This document shows, in pieces, positions 48,983 to 59,329 of a stretch of 64,000 bases of DNA. Position 1 is the first letter of the stretch, and every line of letters starts with the position of its first letter. Position numbers and translations under genes: made by a program. Under the pieces are notes generated by a model. The model was not told the DNA's origin. It made no database searches and saw nothing but the letters and a program-made list of their open reading frames with translations. This DNA comes from Bdellovibrionales bacterium (GTDB taxonomy: Bacteria > Bdellovibrionota > Bdellovibrionia > Bdellovibrionales > JAGQZY01), in assembly GCA_964230645.1 (NCBI GenBank), contig CAXRHT010000002.1, forward strand, positions 1,504,001 to 1,568,000, written 5' to 3'.

Positions 48983-50960
48983 CTCCTAAACCAAACTTTT
49001 CGTAAAGAAGATCTGAGGTGTAAGCGCTTCGACCGAAGTGATCTTCGATCCCGAGACTTTTCATTTTAAAATCTAAGCCTTCTTGGGAAAGAGCATGGGA
49101 AAGCATGGCTCCCATTCCCGCCACCACTCTATGATCTTCCATTGTGACAATACGACCTTTGGTTTTCTCTAAACAATCTTGGACGGTCTCAAGATCAGGG
49201 TCATTTATCATGGAGGCGTTTACAACAATCGAGCCCACACCTTTTTCACTGAGCTCTTTTTGAGCCAGTAGGGCGTTTTCCACCATCGAGCCGCATGTCA
49301 TCAGAAGAATGGACTCATCATTGTTACCAGATTCATCTTTTAGTACTTGAGCTTTGCCGTACTTATACTCGGTGCCTTCGATAAAGCTTTTAGGATAAGT
49401 TTCTCGTCCAAGGAAAAAGACGGTAGATCTAGGGATGTCTCCCTTTTTACGAGTCTCAGCAAACTTTTCGATACATTCGGTGATCAGAGCCTCAGCCTCA
49501 TCGGCACAGGTCAAACAAATCACATCCACGTTTGGAATAGCGGACATCATGGAAAAATAGGTTAAGGCTTGATGAGAAGCCCCATCCGCCGCATCTTGAA
49601 ATCCGGTATGAGAGTACATGGCTATAATAGGGGCTTGCGAGAGACCTGACATGATCATCGGCAGAGCCCCTTTGGTAATACCAAACTGCGCAAAGGTATC
49701 GACCACAGGAATATAACCCTGCTTGGAAAGTCCTACTGCCATATTGACCATATTGGCCTCAGCAACACCCACTTCAAAGCTCGCCTCTGGAAACTCTTTT
49801 CTAAAGTCGGCCACTCCTGTGGAGCCCTGCAAGTCGGCGGAAACTGAAACAATGGGAAAATCTTTTTTATACATGGAGATTAATGCATTGCTGACTCCCA
49901 CTTGAGTTTTCACGCGATCCCCGGGCCATTTTGCAAACGAAGGCTCTGGCTTCGAAAGATTTTTTAACTCTTCGGCCCACTCTAAAAGTTTTTCAGGAGT
50001 TTCACTACCGGAGTAAATCTCTTCCACAAATTCTTTAATTTCATCGGCCTTTTTCAATGGGAAACCATGACCACCCGAAGCCGACTTTTCAGCCTTAGCA
50101 CTCCCTTTTCCTTTGATCGTCTTAAACCAAAGGAGTTGAGGCTTTTTCGGTTGAGAGTTGGCTTTTTCAACAGCCGTTTCAACACTGTGGTAAACCTTTT
50201 CAAGGTCATGCCCATCTTCAATAAAAGTGACGTCCCATCCGAGTGCGGAAAAGGAATCAAAAGTGGGCTTCATGGAAAAAGAGTCGTCATCAATACGACC
50301 AGAAAGCTTGGTGTTGTTATCACTGACCATGCAGACAAAGGGGCCCAGCTTGTTCTTTTGTGCAAGACCAGGGATCGCGGCAAAAGCCTCTTTGGCCTCC
50401 CCTTCCATACAAGCGCCATCAGAAATCGCGGTGATCGTTGTACGCGGTTCCTTTTCAAAGGATTCAGCCGCGGCTAAACCTTGAGCTTGTGGAAGTCCCG
50501 ATCCTAAAGGACCATTACTAATATATACACCTTTTGGAAAAAGATGGGCCTCGCCATGTCCGGTCAGGCCACTCTCGATAGAGCGAAATCCCTTGAGATC
50601 GTCGACATCGATATCCGCCACTTTGTAGTTGGCCTTTAGAGCGTAAAGACCATTTTCACAGTGACCAGCATCATTGACGAAATGAAACAGCTCATGCCAT
50701 TGCTTCTGAGCGTCTCGCCCCTGGGTGTACATCAAAGCATGAGTGGCGGACATAATTTCAGCAAAAGCCGCAGGCCCCCCGTAGTGACTGGCAGCTCCAC
50801 CAATTACAGCTTGCATATCCATAAGAGCAACCAAGGCCCGGGTGGAACGAGGACAAGCCAGAGTGACAGACTCACCCGCTTTGTTTTTGATTTGAGTGGC
50901 GAACTGAGGGTCTCCGACAGGATTCCCATGCAAAGTAGGTCGTATATTGAGTTTTTCCAT
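48945..50960 (-). CDS. tkt: Transketolase family TPP enzyme
   Basis: SHYGG, DAGH, GPLGSG, SDGACMEGE...N TPP motif, GVAEANM, DGASHQ. Confidence 0.85.
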   Translation of the reverse strand: MEKLNIRPTLHGNPVGDPQFATQIKNKAGESVTLACPRSTRALVALMDMQAVIGGAASHYGGPAAFAEIMSATHALMYTQGRDAQKQWHELFHFVNDAGHCENGLYALKANYKVADIDVDDLKGFRSIESGLTGHGEAHLFPKGVYISNGPLGSGLPQAQGLAAAESFEKEPRTTITAISDGACMEGEAKEAFAAIPGLAQKNKLGPFVCMVSDNNTKLSGRIDDDSFSMKPTFDSFSALGWDVTFIEDGHDLEKVYHSVETAVEKANSQPKKPQLLWFKTIKGKGSAKAEKSASGGHGFPLKKADEIKEFVEEIYSGSETPEKLLEWAEELKNLSKPEPSFAKWPGDRVKTQVGVSNALISMYKKDFPIVSVSADLQGSTGVADFRKEFPEASFEVGVAEANMVNMAVGLSKQGYIPVVDTFAQFGITKGALPMIMSGLSQAPIIAMYSHTGFQDAADGASHQALTYFSMMSAIPNVDVICLTCADEAEALITECIEKFAETRKKGDIPRSTVFFLGRETYPKSFIEGTEYKYGKAQVLKDESGNNDESILLMTCGSMVENALLAQKELSEKGVGSIVVNASMINDPDLETVQDCLEKTKGRIVTMEDHRVVAGMGAMLSHALSQEGLDFKMKSLGIEDHFGRSAYTSDLLYEKFGLGVSAIVEAAQSLK

Positions 50961-51020
50961 GCCCTGTAGCTACCTTTTCAAGGGGTTAAAATCAACGGCT
51001 TTTTCCCTTTTAAGTGAGCT

Positions 51021-51662
51021 TCAAAATATCTCTTCCTTGCAAATCTGGCCACGCTCAATTTGTGTGACTTTGCTAGCTAGAGCTTTAACGTCTTGCTCAT
51101 CATGGGTCACAAGTAATACGGGGCATTGCAGGTCCTCTGAAACTTTTTTTAGGAGCTGGCGCGATTTAATTTTGACCTCTTGATCAAGAGAAGAAAAGGG
51201 TTCGTCCATTAAAAGCATGCGCGGCTCATAAATTAAAGCTCGTGCCAGAGCGACCCGCTGCTTCTCACCCCCTGAAATTTTATGGATAGGCGATTTAAGA
51301 ATCTCTCCGATCTCAAGCTCTGTGGTCAGCTGGTCAAAAACACTCTTCCAGTGAGTTTGCTTTTTCTTATCCACAGGAAACAGAATATTGTTCTCAACAC
51401 TCATACTGGGAAATAAACCAGGCTCCTGAAACACCACACCCAAATTTCTTTTTTGAGGTGGAAGTTTATCAAGCTCGATATCCCTGAACTTCCACTCAAC
51501 CTCAGCCCTCTCATCCAGGCCTAAAAGCGCATTGATTATTGTGGATTTACCCGCCCCTGAAGGTCCCCACAAAACGGTGACCCCTTGATCTAAAATCTCC
51601 CAATTGTTGATATCAACAGCAAAGGTATTTAAATCACGATAAATCTTTTGAACGACTGACAT
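51021..51662 (-). CDS. thiQ: ABC transporter ATPase (thiamine-type)
   Basis: GPSGAGKST, ISGGEKQR, MDEPFS; last gene of the operon. Confidence 0.7.
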   Translation of the reverse strand: MSVVQKIYRDLNTFAVDINNWEILDQGVTVLWGPSGAGKSTIINALLGLDERAEVEWKFRDIELDKLPPQKRNLGVVFQEPGLFPSMSVENNILFPVDKKKQTHWKSVFDQLTTELEIGEILKSPIHKISGGEKQRVALARALIYEPRMLLMDEPFSSLDQEVKIKSRQLLKKVSEDLQCPVLLVTHDEQDVKALASKVTQIERGQICKEEIF

Positions 51663-53109
51663 AGGTAATTCCTGAAAACAACAAAAAGACTAACAGAGAT
51701 GAGAGTAGGAGGGAAGGCATATAGAGCAGAGCTTTTTCCAGCCGATAATTGGACATCAGCTCTTTAATTTCATAGGCAAGGCTTCCCGAATGCTGCGAAT
51801 CTATGAGAAGGCCGGTGATCGCAAAATCTCCGGCCGCCCACAGACTACAGAGTCCCGATAAAAAAGCCATCTGAGGAAGAACTTGGGGAAAAACCACCTG
51901 TTTGAATGTCTTAGCCCAAGGAGTCGGTAAAGTCCTAGTAATTACCATTTGTTTTTTCAGATCTTTGAGTTTTTGGTGAAAACTCAGACGGTAAACAAAG
52001 GGAAGGTAAAGAAGAGCCTGGGCACTGGATATTTTTATCAGACTTAAAAAGGCCGAGTCTCCCGGTAAAAGTAAAAAAGCAAACCCGACAATCACCCACC
52101 CTGGATAAACTAAACTTAATAACCACTTCCCCGACTTTTCGGGCAGGTAAGCAAAAGAAAGAGCTGAAAGATAAAAGAAAATCTGTAGTCCCGTTAAAAG
52201 GGAAATAAACCAGGTGCCATGAACCAATGGAAAAATAGAGTCCATGTTTAACATCCAGCCACTCTTTAAAAAAATCAAAGAAAGCCCAAGGCACAGTAGG
52301 AAAACGGGCACCAAAGGGAAAATAATACTAAAACTGTTCGACATTGAGCCGAGAAAAGACGGCCCCTGTCCTGTCCAAATCTCTCCGCTGTCTTCTTGAT
52401 CGAGAAAGCGCGACAGAATGAGAAGAATGAAAAAGAGGTAAAGGGAGTATTGAATGGCCTCTCCCCACATTCCAAAGAGTAGAATTTTTTCGTAAATAAA
52501 AACTTCAAACCCTCCGTAAACACTCCCTCCAACAAGAAATGGAATAGAAAAACTAAAAAAGAAGAGAACAAAAAAATAAAATACTAATAACAGAATATCT
52601 TTTTTAAGCTCTGGTAAAAGTCCCTTCAATATAAAACGCAAAGCTGGCACACCCGCCACTAAAGAGTCTCTCGCGACTCTTTGGCTTTTTAACTCCATTT
52701 GCTTATGAAGCAGGTAAGACACGAGACCAACATTCATAACAACATGATAAAAAACCACACCCACGAGGCCTGTCGGTAGGAATGAAAGAGATTTTGCCAC
52801 AAGCAAAACAAGAACAATCGGCGGGATAAAACAAGGTGAGACCACTACAAAACACAATATGCGATGCGAGCTTGCCGACATTTTTGATTTGAGCCGACTC
52901 AATGAGAGTGCGCCGAAAAAACCAAGAAAAAGGCAAAACAAGAGACTTAAAAAAGTTTGCGTGAGCGCCCCCTTGAAAACATCAACTAAAAAAGGGTCCC
53001 AGTACAACTGATGAAATGGAATATGAAATCCTAAAAACAGAAGCGGAAATAGAAGGAGGCTAAATAAAAAATAGAAGACGGTCCGTCTTAGTAAAAGACT
53101 TTTTTCCAC
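51634..53109 (-). CDS. thiP: ABC transporter permease (thiamine-type)
   Basis: About 12 TM segments, duplicated permease; between binding protein and ATPase. Confidence 0.7.
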   Translation of the reverse strand: MEKSLLLRRTVFYFLFSLLLFPLLFLGFHIPFHQLYWDPFLVDVFKGALTQTFLSLLFCLFLGFFGALSLSRLKSKMSASSHRILCFVVVSPCFIPPIVLVLLVAKSLSFLPTGLVGVVFYHVVMNVGLVSYLLHKQMELKSQRVARDSLVAGVPALRFILKGLLPELKKDILLLVFYFFVLFFFSFSIPFLVGGSVYGGFEVFIYEKILLFGMWGEAIQYSLYLFFILLILSRFLDQEDSGEIWTGQGPSFLGSMSNSFSIIFPLVPVFLLCLGLSLIFLKSGWMLNMDSIFPLVHGTWFISLLTGLQIFFYLSALSFAYLPEKSGKWLLSLVYPGWVIVGFAFLLLPGDSAFLSLIKISSAQALLYLPFVYRLSFHQKLKDLKKQMVITRTLPTPWAKTFKQVVFPQVLPQMAFLSGLCSLWAAGDFAITGLLIDSQHSGSLAYEIKELMSNYRLEKALLYMPSLLLSSLLVFLLFSGITYVSRSKDLS

Positions 53110-54125
53110 TTATTGATCAACTCACGCTTACGTTTGATAAGAGAAAGACTCTCTATGGGTTTGTAGAATTCCACATCGGGAAGCTTGAAACCGGACCCTT
53201 GCATGGCTCGCTGGTCCACAGGAAACATATAGTTTTTTGACATGATGATTTTCTGGATCTCAGTGGTTAACAAAAACTGTGCAAACTGCGCAGCTCCCTG
53301 ACAGTTTCCACAAAATTTCGGTATTCCCATATACTCCACTTGAACCGGGTGAGGACGGTCCATGGGCATGGAATTGTATTGACTCTCACCCTCCTCGATC
53401 AAATGATAAAACGGCGAGGAAAAATAAGAGAACACCATGGAGGGCTTTTCCATTTTGAAAATGCTGTAACTAGAAGACCAGCTCGGGGACATTATTTTAA
53501 TGGAAGGTTTCAGACTTTTTAGGAATTCAAAGCCTTTGTCTTCTCCCATCGCTGTTAGAACCCACAGTAGAAACTGAAGACCGGGTGAGCTCATCCTCGG
53601 GTCTTGTAATATAATTTGATCTTTGTACTGATTCTTTGTGAGGTCTTCCAAGCGTCTGGCGGGCTCTACCTCCCCCTCACGGTAAACAAAACTAAGAGGA
53701 CCCCAATCATAGGCCACGAAATCGTTATACTGGGATTTGCCAGGAAGTTGACTGGGGAAATCCAAAGAGACCTCTTCTCTTAAATCCAACCACTCGAAAT
53801 TTCTACGAGCTTCAAAAACAGAAAATTGGTCAAAACCGATGATAATATCGGGAGCGTCTGAATCTTTTTTAAATTTTAATCTCTCAATGATTAGACCGGC
53901 GTTACCTGCATTGATCCACTCTACTTTGGTTCCCGTGCTCTCAAAAAACTTTTGGGCAATTTCAGGCCCCGGTCCCCATTTATTAATGAAAGAGGAATAG
54001 GTCAGAACCCTCACGGTGTTTTCTGCACGATTTTTCTCTGAATCGACTGCCAAGTATGGGAGCCCTAAAATAGCGACTATGATTAGGCAACCCATCAAAT
54101 AGGATAAAAAGAGTTTCTGGTTCAT
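53088..54125 (-). CDS. thiB: Thiamine ABC transporter substrate-binding protein
   Basis: TYSSF...WGPGP, YDWG, QDPR.SSPG, QVE, NYMFPV. Confidence 0.85.
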   Translation of the reverse strand: MNQKLFLSYLMGCLIIVAILGLPYLAVDSEKNRAENTVRVLTYSSFINKWGPGPEIAQKFFESTGTKVEWINAGNAGLIIERLKFKKDSDAPDIIIGFDQFSVFEARRNFEWLDLREEVSLDFPSQLPGKSQYNDFVAYDWGPLSFVYREGEVEPARRLEDLTKNQYKDQIILQDPRMSSPGLQFLLWVLTAMGEDKGFEFLKSLKPSIKIMSPSWSSSYSIFKMEKPSMVFSYFSSPFYHLIEEGESQYNSMPMDRPHPVQVEYMGIPKFCGNCQGAAQFAQFLLTTEIQKIIMSKNYMFPVDQRAMQGSGFKLPDVEFYKPIESLSLIKRKRELINKWKKVFY

Positions 54126-54133
54126 CCACTCTC

Positions 54134-54616
54134 CTACCAGAGGAGGCCACGACGACTTTTATAGAAATAAAAATCGAGCCCTAAACAACGGCCGGCACCC
54201 AAGAGACAAAAAAGAACATGGATATAGAAAAGATAAATTTGTCCCGGGCTTGAGGCGAACTCAAAATACAAATAAATATGAAGAGATAAAACCATCCCAA
54301 TAAGACTTGCGATTCGCACTCCAAGGCCCAATATATAGGAAACCCCAACAATGAGTTCTAGAGCTAGCAGAATGTAGGTCATTAAAAGCCACTGAGACTG
54401 AATCAGGCTTTTGAAAATTTCAAAGTAGATTCCAAAGGCAATCTGAGGTCCCTCTGTTAGGTTAAGTCTTTCACTAATATAGGGATGATCTAAATAACCC
54501 GTCCCAACTCTTTCAAATACTTTCGAAACAGCCTGTACGCCGAGAAAAATTCGAACCAGAGCCAGAGGCCACATATGACCCACATAACGGATGCTTTCTA
54601 AAAAGGATGCAATCAT
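54134..54616 (-). CDS. DoxX family membrane protein
   Basis: LVRIFLG, ELIVG...LG..R, GAGRCLGLD. Confidence 0.75.
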   Translation of the reverse strand: MIASFLESIRYVGHMWPLALVRIFLGVQAVSKVFERVGTGYLDHPYISERLNLTEGPQIAFGIYFEIFKSLIQSQWLLMTYILLALELIVGVSYILGLGVRIASLIGMVLSLHIYLYFEFASSPGQIYLFYIHVLFCLLGAGRCLGLDFYFYKSRRGLLW

Positions 54617-54830
54617 AGGCTTACTCTCTCATGTTTCTCGCCTTCAGGCTAGCCTGAAAACTAAGGGAACCCAACTTGGGGCGAGTTGAAAGCACTTTTT
54701 GCCGCCCCTAGAAAAAGGAAAAATGTCATCCTGCGCGGATACCTTAGATCACAAGAAACACGACTGGAATTTTGTCCTGTCTTTTTTCGCTTTCCAAGAC
54801 AGTTTTTACGAGAAATCTTAGAATAAAAGA

Positions 54831-55925
54831 ATGGAAGTAAAAAAGCCTAATACCCAACACTGGAAGCAAATTGATCAATTTTTAACGGAAACCCTAAGGC
54901 CAGGGTCTCAGTGGAATCTCGCTGAAGAGTATCCCCTCGCCTTTTCGGAAAAAAACCGAGCCAATATTCGCTTCATTGAAAATGAGGACAAAGTTCTGGC
55001 TCATGCTGTAATGCAGCCCAGTCTTATTCGTACCCATTATCATTTGTTTAAAGTCGGGCTCATTGGAAGTGTTGTCACCGATCCCGACAACCAGGGAAAA
55101 GGTTACAGCAAGCAAATTATAAAAAGTTGTCTGGATGCCTGCCAAGAGCAAAACTGTGATTTTTCGATCCTTTGGACAGACCTGTTCAATTTTTATTCAA
55201 AGTTTGGTTTTGAAATCGCCGGATCAGAAATTGCTCTGCAAATTGATTCAAAGTTTAAACCTGAAAACATGGCAGATGTCAGAATCATGGATACTCCTAA
55301 AGTGTCCCCGCAGGCTCTCTTAAAAGTTTACAATCAACACAATTTGAAAACTGTTCGGCAACTCTCAGATATTGAAAAGTATTTGAAAATTCCTAACTCT
55401 AAAATTTACACAGCGTGGAACAAGAAGACCCAGGCTTTAGAAGCTTACTGCGTTATGGGCAAAGGCGCTGATTTCCAAGGCTATATACACGAATGGGGTG
55501 GAAAAGTTTCAGCACTAATGAGTCTTTTAAGGAAGATGAGTCAAGATTCCACACAACCAATCACCTTAATCAGCCCTCCTCAGTGCACTAACCTGATCAA
55601 ACAAATGGAACAGGCCGGAGCTCAAAAATTTTACGGAGTGCTTGGAATGATCAAAATCATTGATCGCGCTTCTTTTTGCAAAAAAATTAAAAAAGGAGCT
55701 CGTGCTCTTGGGTATGAGTCCTTTGTGTTTGAATATCGCGATGACCAGTATTACTTCGGTTATGGTGACGAAATCTATGCCACCGACTCCGATGCCGATA
55801 TCACTCGCTTGGTTTTTGGTCCTATTGAGCCAAAACAAATTCACAAATTCAGCGATCAAGCTCTCGAGGCTCTCGAGCAAATCTTTCCCATTCCTTTTTG
55901 GGTTTGGGGCTGGGATTCAATATGA
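54831..55925 (+). CDS. GNAT family N-acetyltransferase (Eis-like)
   Basis: IGSVVTDPDNQGKG motif A, FYSKFGF. Confidence 0.8.
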   Translation: MEVKKPNTQHWKQIDQFLTETLRPGSQWNLAEEYPLAFSEKNRANIRFIENEDKVLAHAVMQPSLIRTHYHLFKVGLIGSVVTDPDNQGKGYSKQIIKSCLDACQEQNCDFSILWTDLFNFYSKFGFEIAGSEIALQIDSKFKPENMADVRIMDTPKVSPQALLKVYNQHNLKTVRQLSDIEKYLKIPNSKIYTAWNKKTQALEAYCVMGKGADFQGYIHEWGGKVSALMSLLRKMSQDSTQPITLISPPQCTNLIKQMEQAGAQKFYGVLGMIKIIDRASFCKKIKKGARALGYESFVFEYRDDQYYFGYGDEIYATDSDADITRLVFGPIEPKQIHKFSDQALEALEQIFPIPFWVWGWDSI

Positions 55926-56695
55926 AAAAATTAGTACTTCTTCTAATGCCCCTGGTTTGTCTCTCCTGTCAGCGCGAGCCCAACAAGACGGCTGCCAATT
56001 ACACCAGTGAATCCGCAATTGAGAGAGCTCAGAACAAAAGCCTCTCAAAGCTTAATCCCTACTCGGTCCGCGCAGGCCAGTGGGTGCACTTTATTGAAAC
56101 TCAAGAAGTTATCAGTTCACAGGGATCCAATTCCTTTCTTAGTAAAGAATGGACGACAGAGGTGGGTCAAGTCGAAGACCTCCCCGATGGTCCACTCATC
56201 ACTCTTTTTAGAAAAGTGACCGACTATTTGCTCGATGAAAATTTTGTTTATGAGTTTAAAGAGGTCATGCAGTTTTTGCCGCCAGAGGTGGTCAACCAAC
56301 AAAAATTCAACCCACTAAAAGATGACTACCACACCTTTTCTAAAACTCTTTCACGCCTAAAAGAAACCAGTGAAAGACAAAATGAAATCGTCGGAGTCTC
56401 TTACCAGAATCTTCAGGTCAAGCGAGTGATTATCTCCCCACCTGAAAATGTAAAAAAGTTGCCCGACTGCGCAGGTGTTTCCAATTGCAAACTCGAAGGT
56501 GACCAAATCACTTACGATGTGGTGTTCCTTTTTGAGGACGAGTCCACCCAACGACATACGGTCGAGTGGCTGGTCAGTGAAGACGTCCCTTTTTACGCAG
56601 GCCTCTTGAAACAATGCACGACAAGCTTTGTCCCGGTCGATGATTTGCGAGTTTTGGTGAAGCAATGCCGAGACGTGGTCGACTTCAAAAAGTAA
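55922..56695 (+). CDS. Hypothetical lipoprotein
   Basis: MKKLVLLL...CLSC lipobox; ATGA overlap with GNAT stop. Confidence 0.7.
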   Translation: MKKLVLLLMPLVCLSCQREPNKTAANYTSESAIERAQNKSLSKLNPYSVRAGQWVHFIETQEVISSQGSNSFLSKEWTTEVGQVEDLPDGPLITLFRKVTDYLLDENFVYEFKEVMQFLPPEVVNQQKFNPLKDDYHTFSKTLSRLKETSERQNEIVGVSYQNLQVKRVIISPPENVKKLPDCAGVSNCKLEGDQITYDVVFLFEDESTQRHTVEWLVSEDVPFYAGLLKQCTTSFVPVDDLRVLVKQCRDVVDFKK

Positions 56696-56890
56696 TTCTC
56701 TAGAAACCCAAGTGACTTCAACCCCTGAGGTCTTTTGGGTTTGCAGTTTTCTACACAAATTGGGCCATATCCAATCCTTTCCCTCCAAGGACTAAAACTT
56801 TCCCTTGCCTAAGGGCATTGAAGCGGTGTGAAGTTACCTTTTGCGGGGATTTCCAGTAATATGAGCCCTTCAGATTAAGGAAGGTGAATT

Positions 56891-57541
56891 ATGAAGAAAA
56901 TTGCGTTCGTCCTATCAGGTTGTGGATATCAAGATGGGGCCGAAATTACAGAATCCGTAAGCTGTATGATCGCTCTCTCTGAGCTTGGAACAGATGTGCA
57001 ATTTTTCGCACCCAATAGTGATTTTGAATCTGTTGACCATTTGAGTGGAGATAAAAACGGCTCTCGAAATATTCAAAGCGAGAGTGCTCGTATCACAAGA
57101 GGTAAAATAGAGGATCTCACCTCTCTTGAGCCTGACAATTTCGATGCTCTTATTTTCCCAGGTGGCTTTGGAGCGGCCCTTAATCTTTGTGACTGGGCTA
57201 AAAAAGGTTCAAATTGTAAAGTCAATCCAGACGTCGTCCGCATCATCCGTGGTTTTAATTCTCAGAGCAAACCCATTGGCGCCTGCTGCATTTCACCTGT
57301 GCTTTTAGCCAAAGTTCTTGGTGATCAGGAAATCACCCTCACCATCGGAAAAGATCCTGAAACCGCCCAGGAAATCCAAAAAACAGGAGCGGTGCACGAA
57401 TACTGCCCCGTCGACGACTATATCACCGACCGAGCTAACAAAATTGTAACAACCCCAGCCTATATGTACGACGACGCTGAACCTCACAAAGTGTTTCAAG
57501 GCATTCAAGGACTGGTCAAAGAATTGGTGGAAATGGCATGA
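56891..57541 (+). CDS. elbB: Glyoxalase ElbB (DJ-1/ES1 family)
   Basis: LSGCGYQDGAEI.E, ESARITRG, PGGFGAA.NL, VTTPAYM. Confidence 0.93.
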   Translation: MKKIAFVLSGCGYQDGAEITESVSCMIALSELGTDVQFFAPNSDFESVDHLSGDKNGSRNIQSESARITRGKIEDLTSLEPDNFDALIFPGGFGAALNLCDWAKKGSNCKVNPDVVRIIRGFNSQSKPIGACCISPVLLAKVLGDQEITLTIGKDPETAQEIQKTGAVHEYCPVDDYITDRANKIVTTPAYMYDDAEPHKVFQGIQGLVKELVEMA

Positions 57542-58611
57542 ATATTAAAACAGTAGCCTTAATTTTTGGCGGCCCGAGTGCCGAACACGATGTCTCTTTA
57601 GTTTCTGCTAAAAACATCTACACCCAACTTAAAGAAATTGTGGAAAAAGTGGTTCTTCTCGGAGTCTCCAAAGATCGAGAGTGGAAACTTATTGAAGAGT
57701 CTCACCTGCTTTCAACAAACTTCGAAAAGCCTTTGGACCTTACTCAAGTGGGAACGGAAGTGTTCTTAAAATACGACGGACATAAAGTTTTGATCTACGA
57801 TCAACATGGTAACCATGTTTCTGAAGAGCCCATTGACTTGGCCTTTCCTATTATTCATGGCCCCTACGGAGAAGACGGCGAGCTTCAAAATATGATGAGC
57901 GAGTGGGATCTTCCCTTTGTAGGAAGTGCTTCGGCTGGCTGTGCCCATGCTTTTGATAAAGGAAAAACAAAAAACATTTTAAAAGACGAAGATGTGCCCC
58001 AGGCTTCCTTTCTTATTTTTGAAAAAGAAACTCCAAGCTTCAAAGAAATTGAGGACCAACTAGGGCTTCCGGTTTTTGTTAAGCCTGCTAATATGGGCTC
58101 CTCGCTAGGAATCTCTAAAGTCAAATCTGAAAAAGAATGGGAAACTGCTCTCAGTGAAGCTAAAAAGCATGACAAAAAAATCTTGGTGGAAAAGGCCATT
58201 CAAAATTGTCGAGAGATCGAGTGCGCCCTTCTAGAAACAGACTCAGGCCTGCAGGTTTCAGGTCTTGGGGAAATCAAACCAAGTCACGAGTTTTATTCCT
58301 ACGATGCCAAGTACATTGACCCTAACGGAGCTGAGCTCATTATCCCCGCTGTGGTTGATGCTGGTATCGAACAAAAAATTCAGGATTTAGCCAAAAAGTG
58401 TTTTGAAAAACTGGACTGTCGAGACTACGCCAGGGCGGACTTCTTTATTGACGCAAACAATGAAGTCTATTTCAACGAAATAAACACCCATCCAGGCTTT
58501 ACCGACATTAGCATGTTCCCCTCACTTTGGGCCCATGAAGGAATAAAAGCCCGCGAGTTGGTTTCAAAGCTGATTGATCGAGCTAAAGAACGCATGGAAA
58601 AAAGAATTTAA
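57538..58611 (+). CDS. ddl: D-alanine--D-alanine ligase
   Basis: GGPSAEHDVS, HGPYGEDG, KPANMGSS, FYSYDAKY, NEINTHPG. Confidence 0.95.
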   Translation: MNIKTVALIFGGPSAEHDVSLVSAKNIYTQLKEIVEKVVLLGVSKDREWKLIEESHLLSTNFEKPLDLTQVGTEVFLKYDGHKVLIYDQHGNHVSEEPIDLAFPIIHGPYGEDGELQNMMSEWDLPFVGSASAGCAHAFDKGKTKNILKDEDVPQASFLIFEKETPSFKEIEDQLGLPVFVKPANMGSSLGISKVKSEKEWETALSEAKKHDKKILVEKAIQNCREIECALLETDSGLQVSGLGEIKPSHEFYSYDAKYIDPNGAELIIPAVVDAGIEQKIQDLAKKCFEKLDCRDYARADFFIDANNEVYFNEINTHPGFTDISMFPSLWAHEGIKARELVSKLIDRAKERMEKRI

Positions 58612-58627
58612 AAAGAATGGGAGCGCT

Positions 58628-59329
58628 TTAGGTCTTTACTTTTCCTAAGGCTCTTTTGTGCTCCTCACCCAACCACAAAGAATTAAAAGCAGACTTTTGA
58701 TCATTGTGGTTTTGCAATATTGTTCGTTGGCTTTGAGATCCTCGTTTCTCAATATTGTCGATCCACTTTAAGGCCTCTTTCATGAGATTCGATGAAAGAT
58801 AAATTTGATCCACCAACCCAACACTCTTGGCCTGATAAGAAGAAAAAGTTCTGGCTTCCAAAAGCCAATTTTGAAGATCTTTACTTGAAACTTTTTTAGA
58901 GAGCCGCTCTTGACCGCCCCAACCAAAAGTCAATCCGACCCTCCGCTGCCAAAGACCAAATAAGCTATGAGGTGCTGCAAAGACTTTATCAAAAGCCGCT
59001 ACAAGCTCCACTCCCCCACCAATACACAAACCTTCAACAAGGCAGATCTTCGGAACCGGGAGCGACTGCAAATAGTCTAAAATTTCAGTGATTCTTTGGT
59101 TGTGAGCAAGACCCTCATCTTTATTTTTAAGTCTTTTGTAAAAAGGAAGATTTCCTCCGGAACAGAAGACCGGCCCCTCAGATTTTAGCAGAACGGATTG
59201 GAATCGGGATTCTTTTAGGGCCTTATGAAACTCTTCAGCCATAGGCGGACTAAAAGCATTACGACTCTCAGGATCACTGAGAGTCAGTATAAGGGTGTTG
59301 TTTCGAATTTCTTTTTTAAGCAACGGCAT
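58628..59329 (-). CDS. Enoyl-CoA hydratase/isomerase family protein
   Basis: RNA, FCSGGNL, G.CIGGG.EL. Confidence 0.85.
   Translation of the reverse strand: MPLLKKEIRNNTLILTLSDPESRNAFSPPMAEEFHKALKESRFQSVLLKSEGPVFCSGGNLPFYKRLKNKDEGLAHNQRITEILDYLQSLPVPKICLVEGLCIGGGVELVAAFDKVFAAPHSLFGLWQRRVGLTFGWGGQERLSKKVSSKDLQNWLLEARTFSSYQAKSVGLVDQIYLSSNLMKEALKWIDNIEKRGSQSQRTILQNHNDQKSAFNSLWLGEEHKRALGKVKT

Noticed and set aside
54617..54830. Possible TPP riboswitch upstream of the thiamine transporter
   Set aside because: Conserved aptamer motifs not found on either strand
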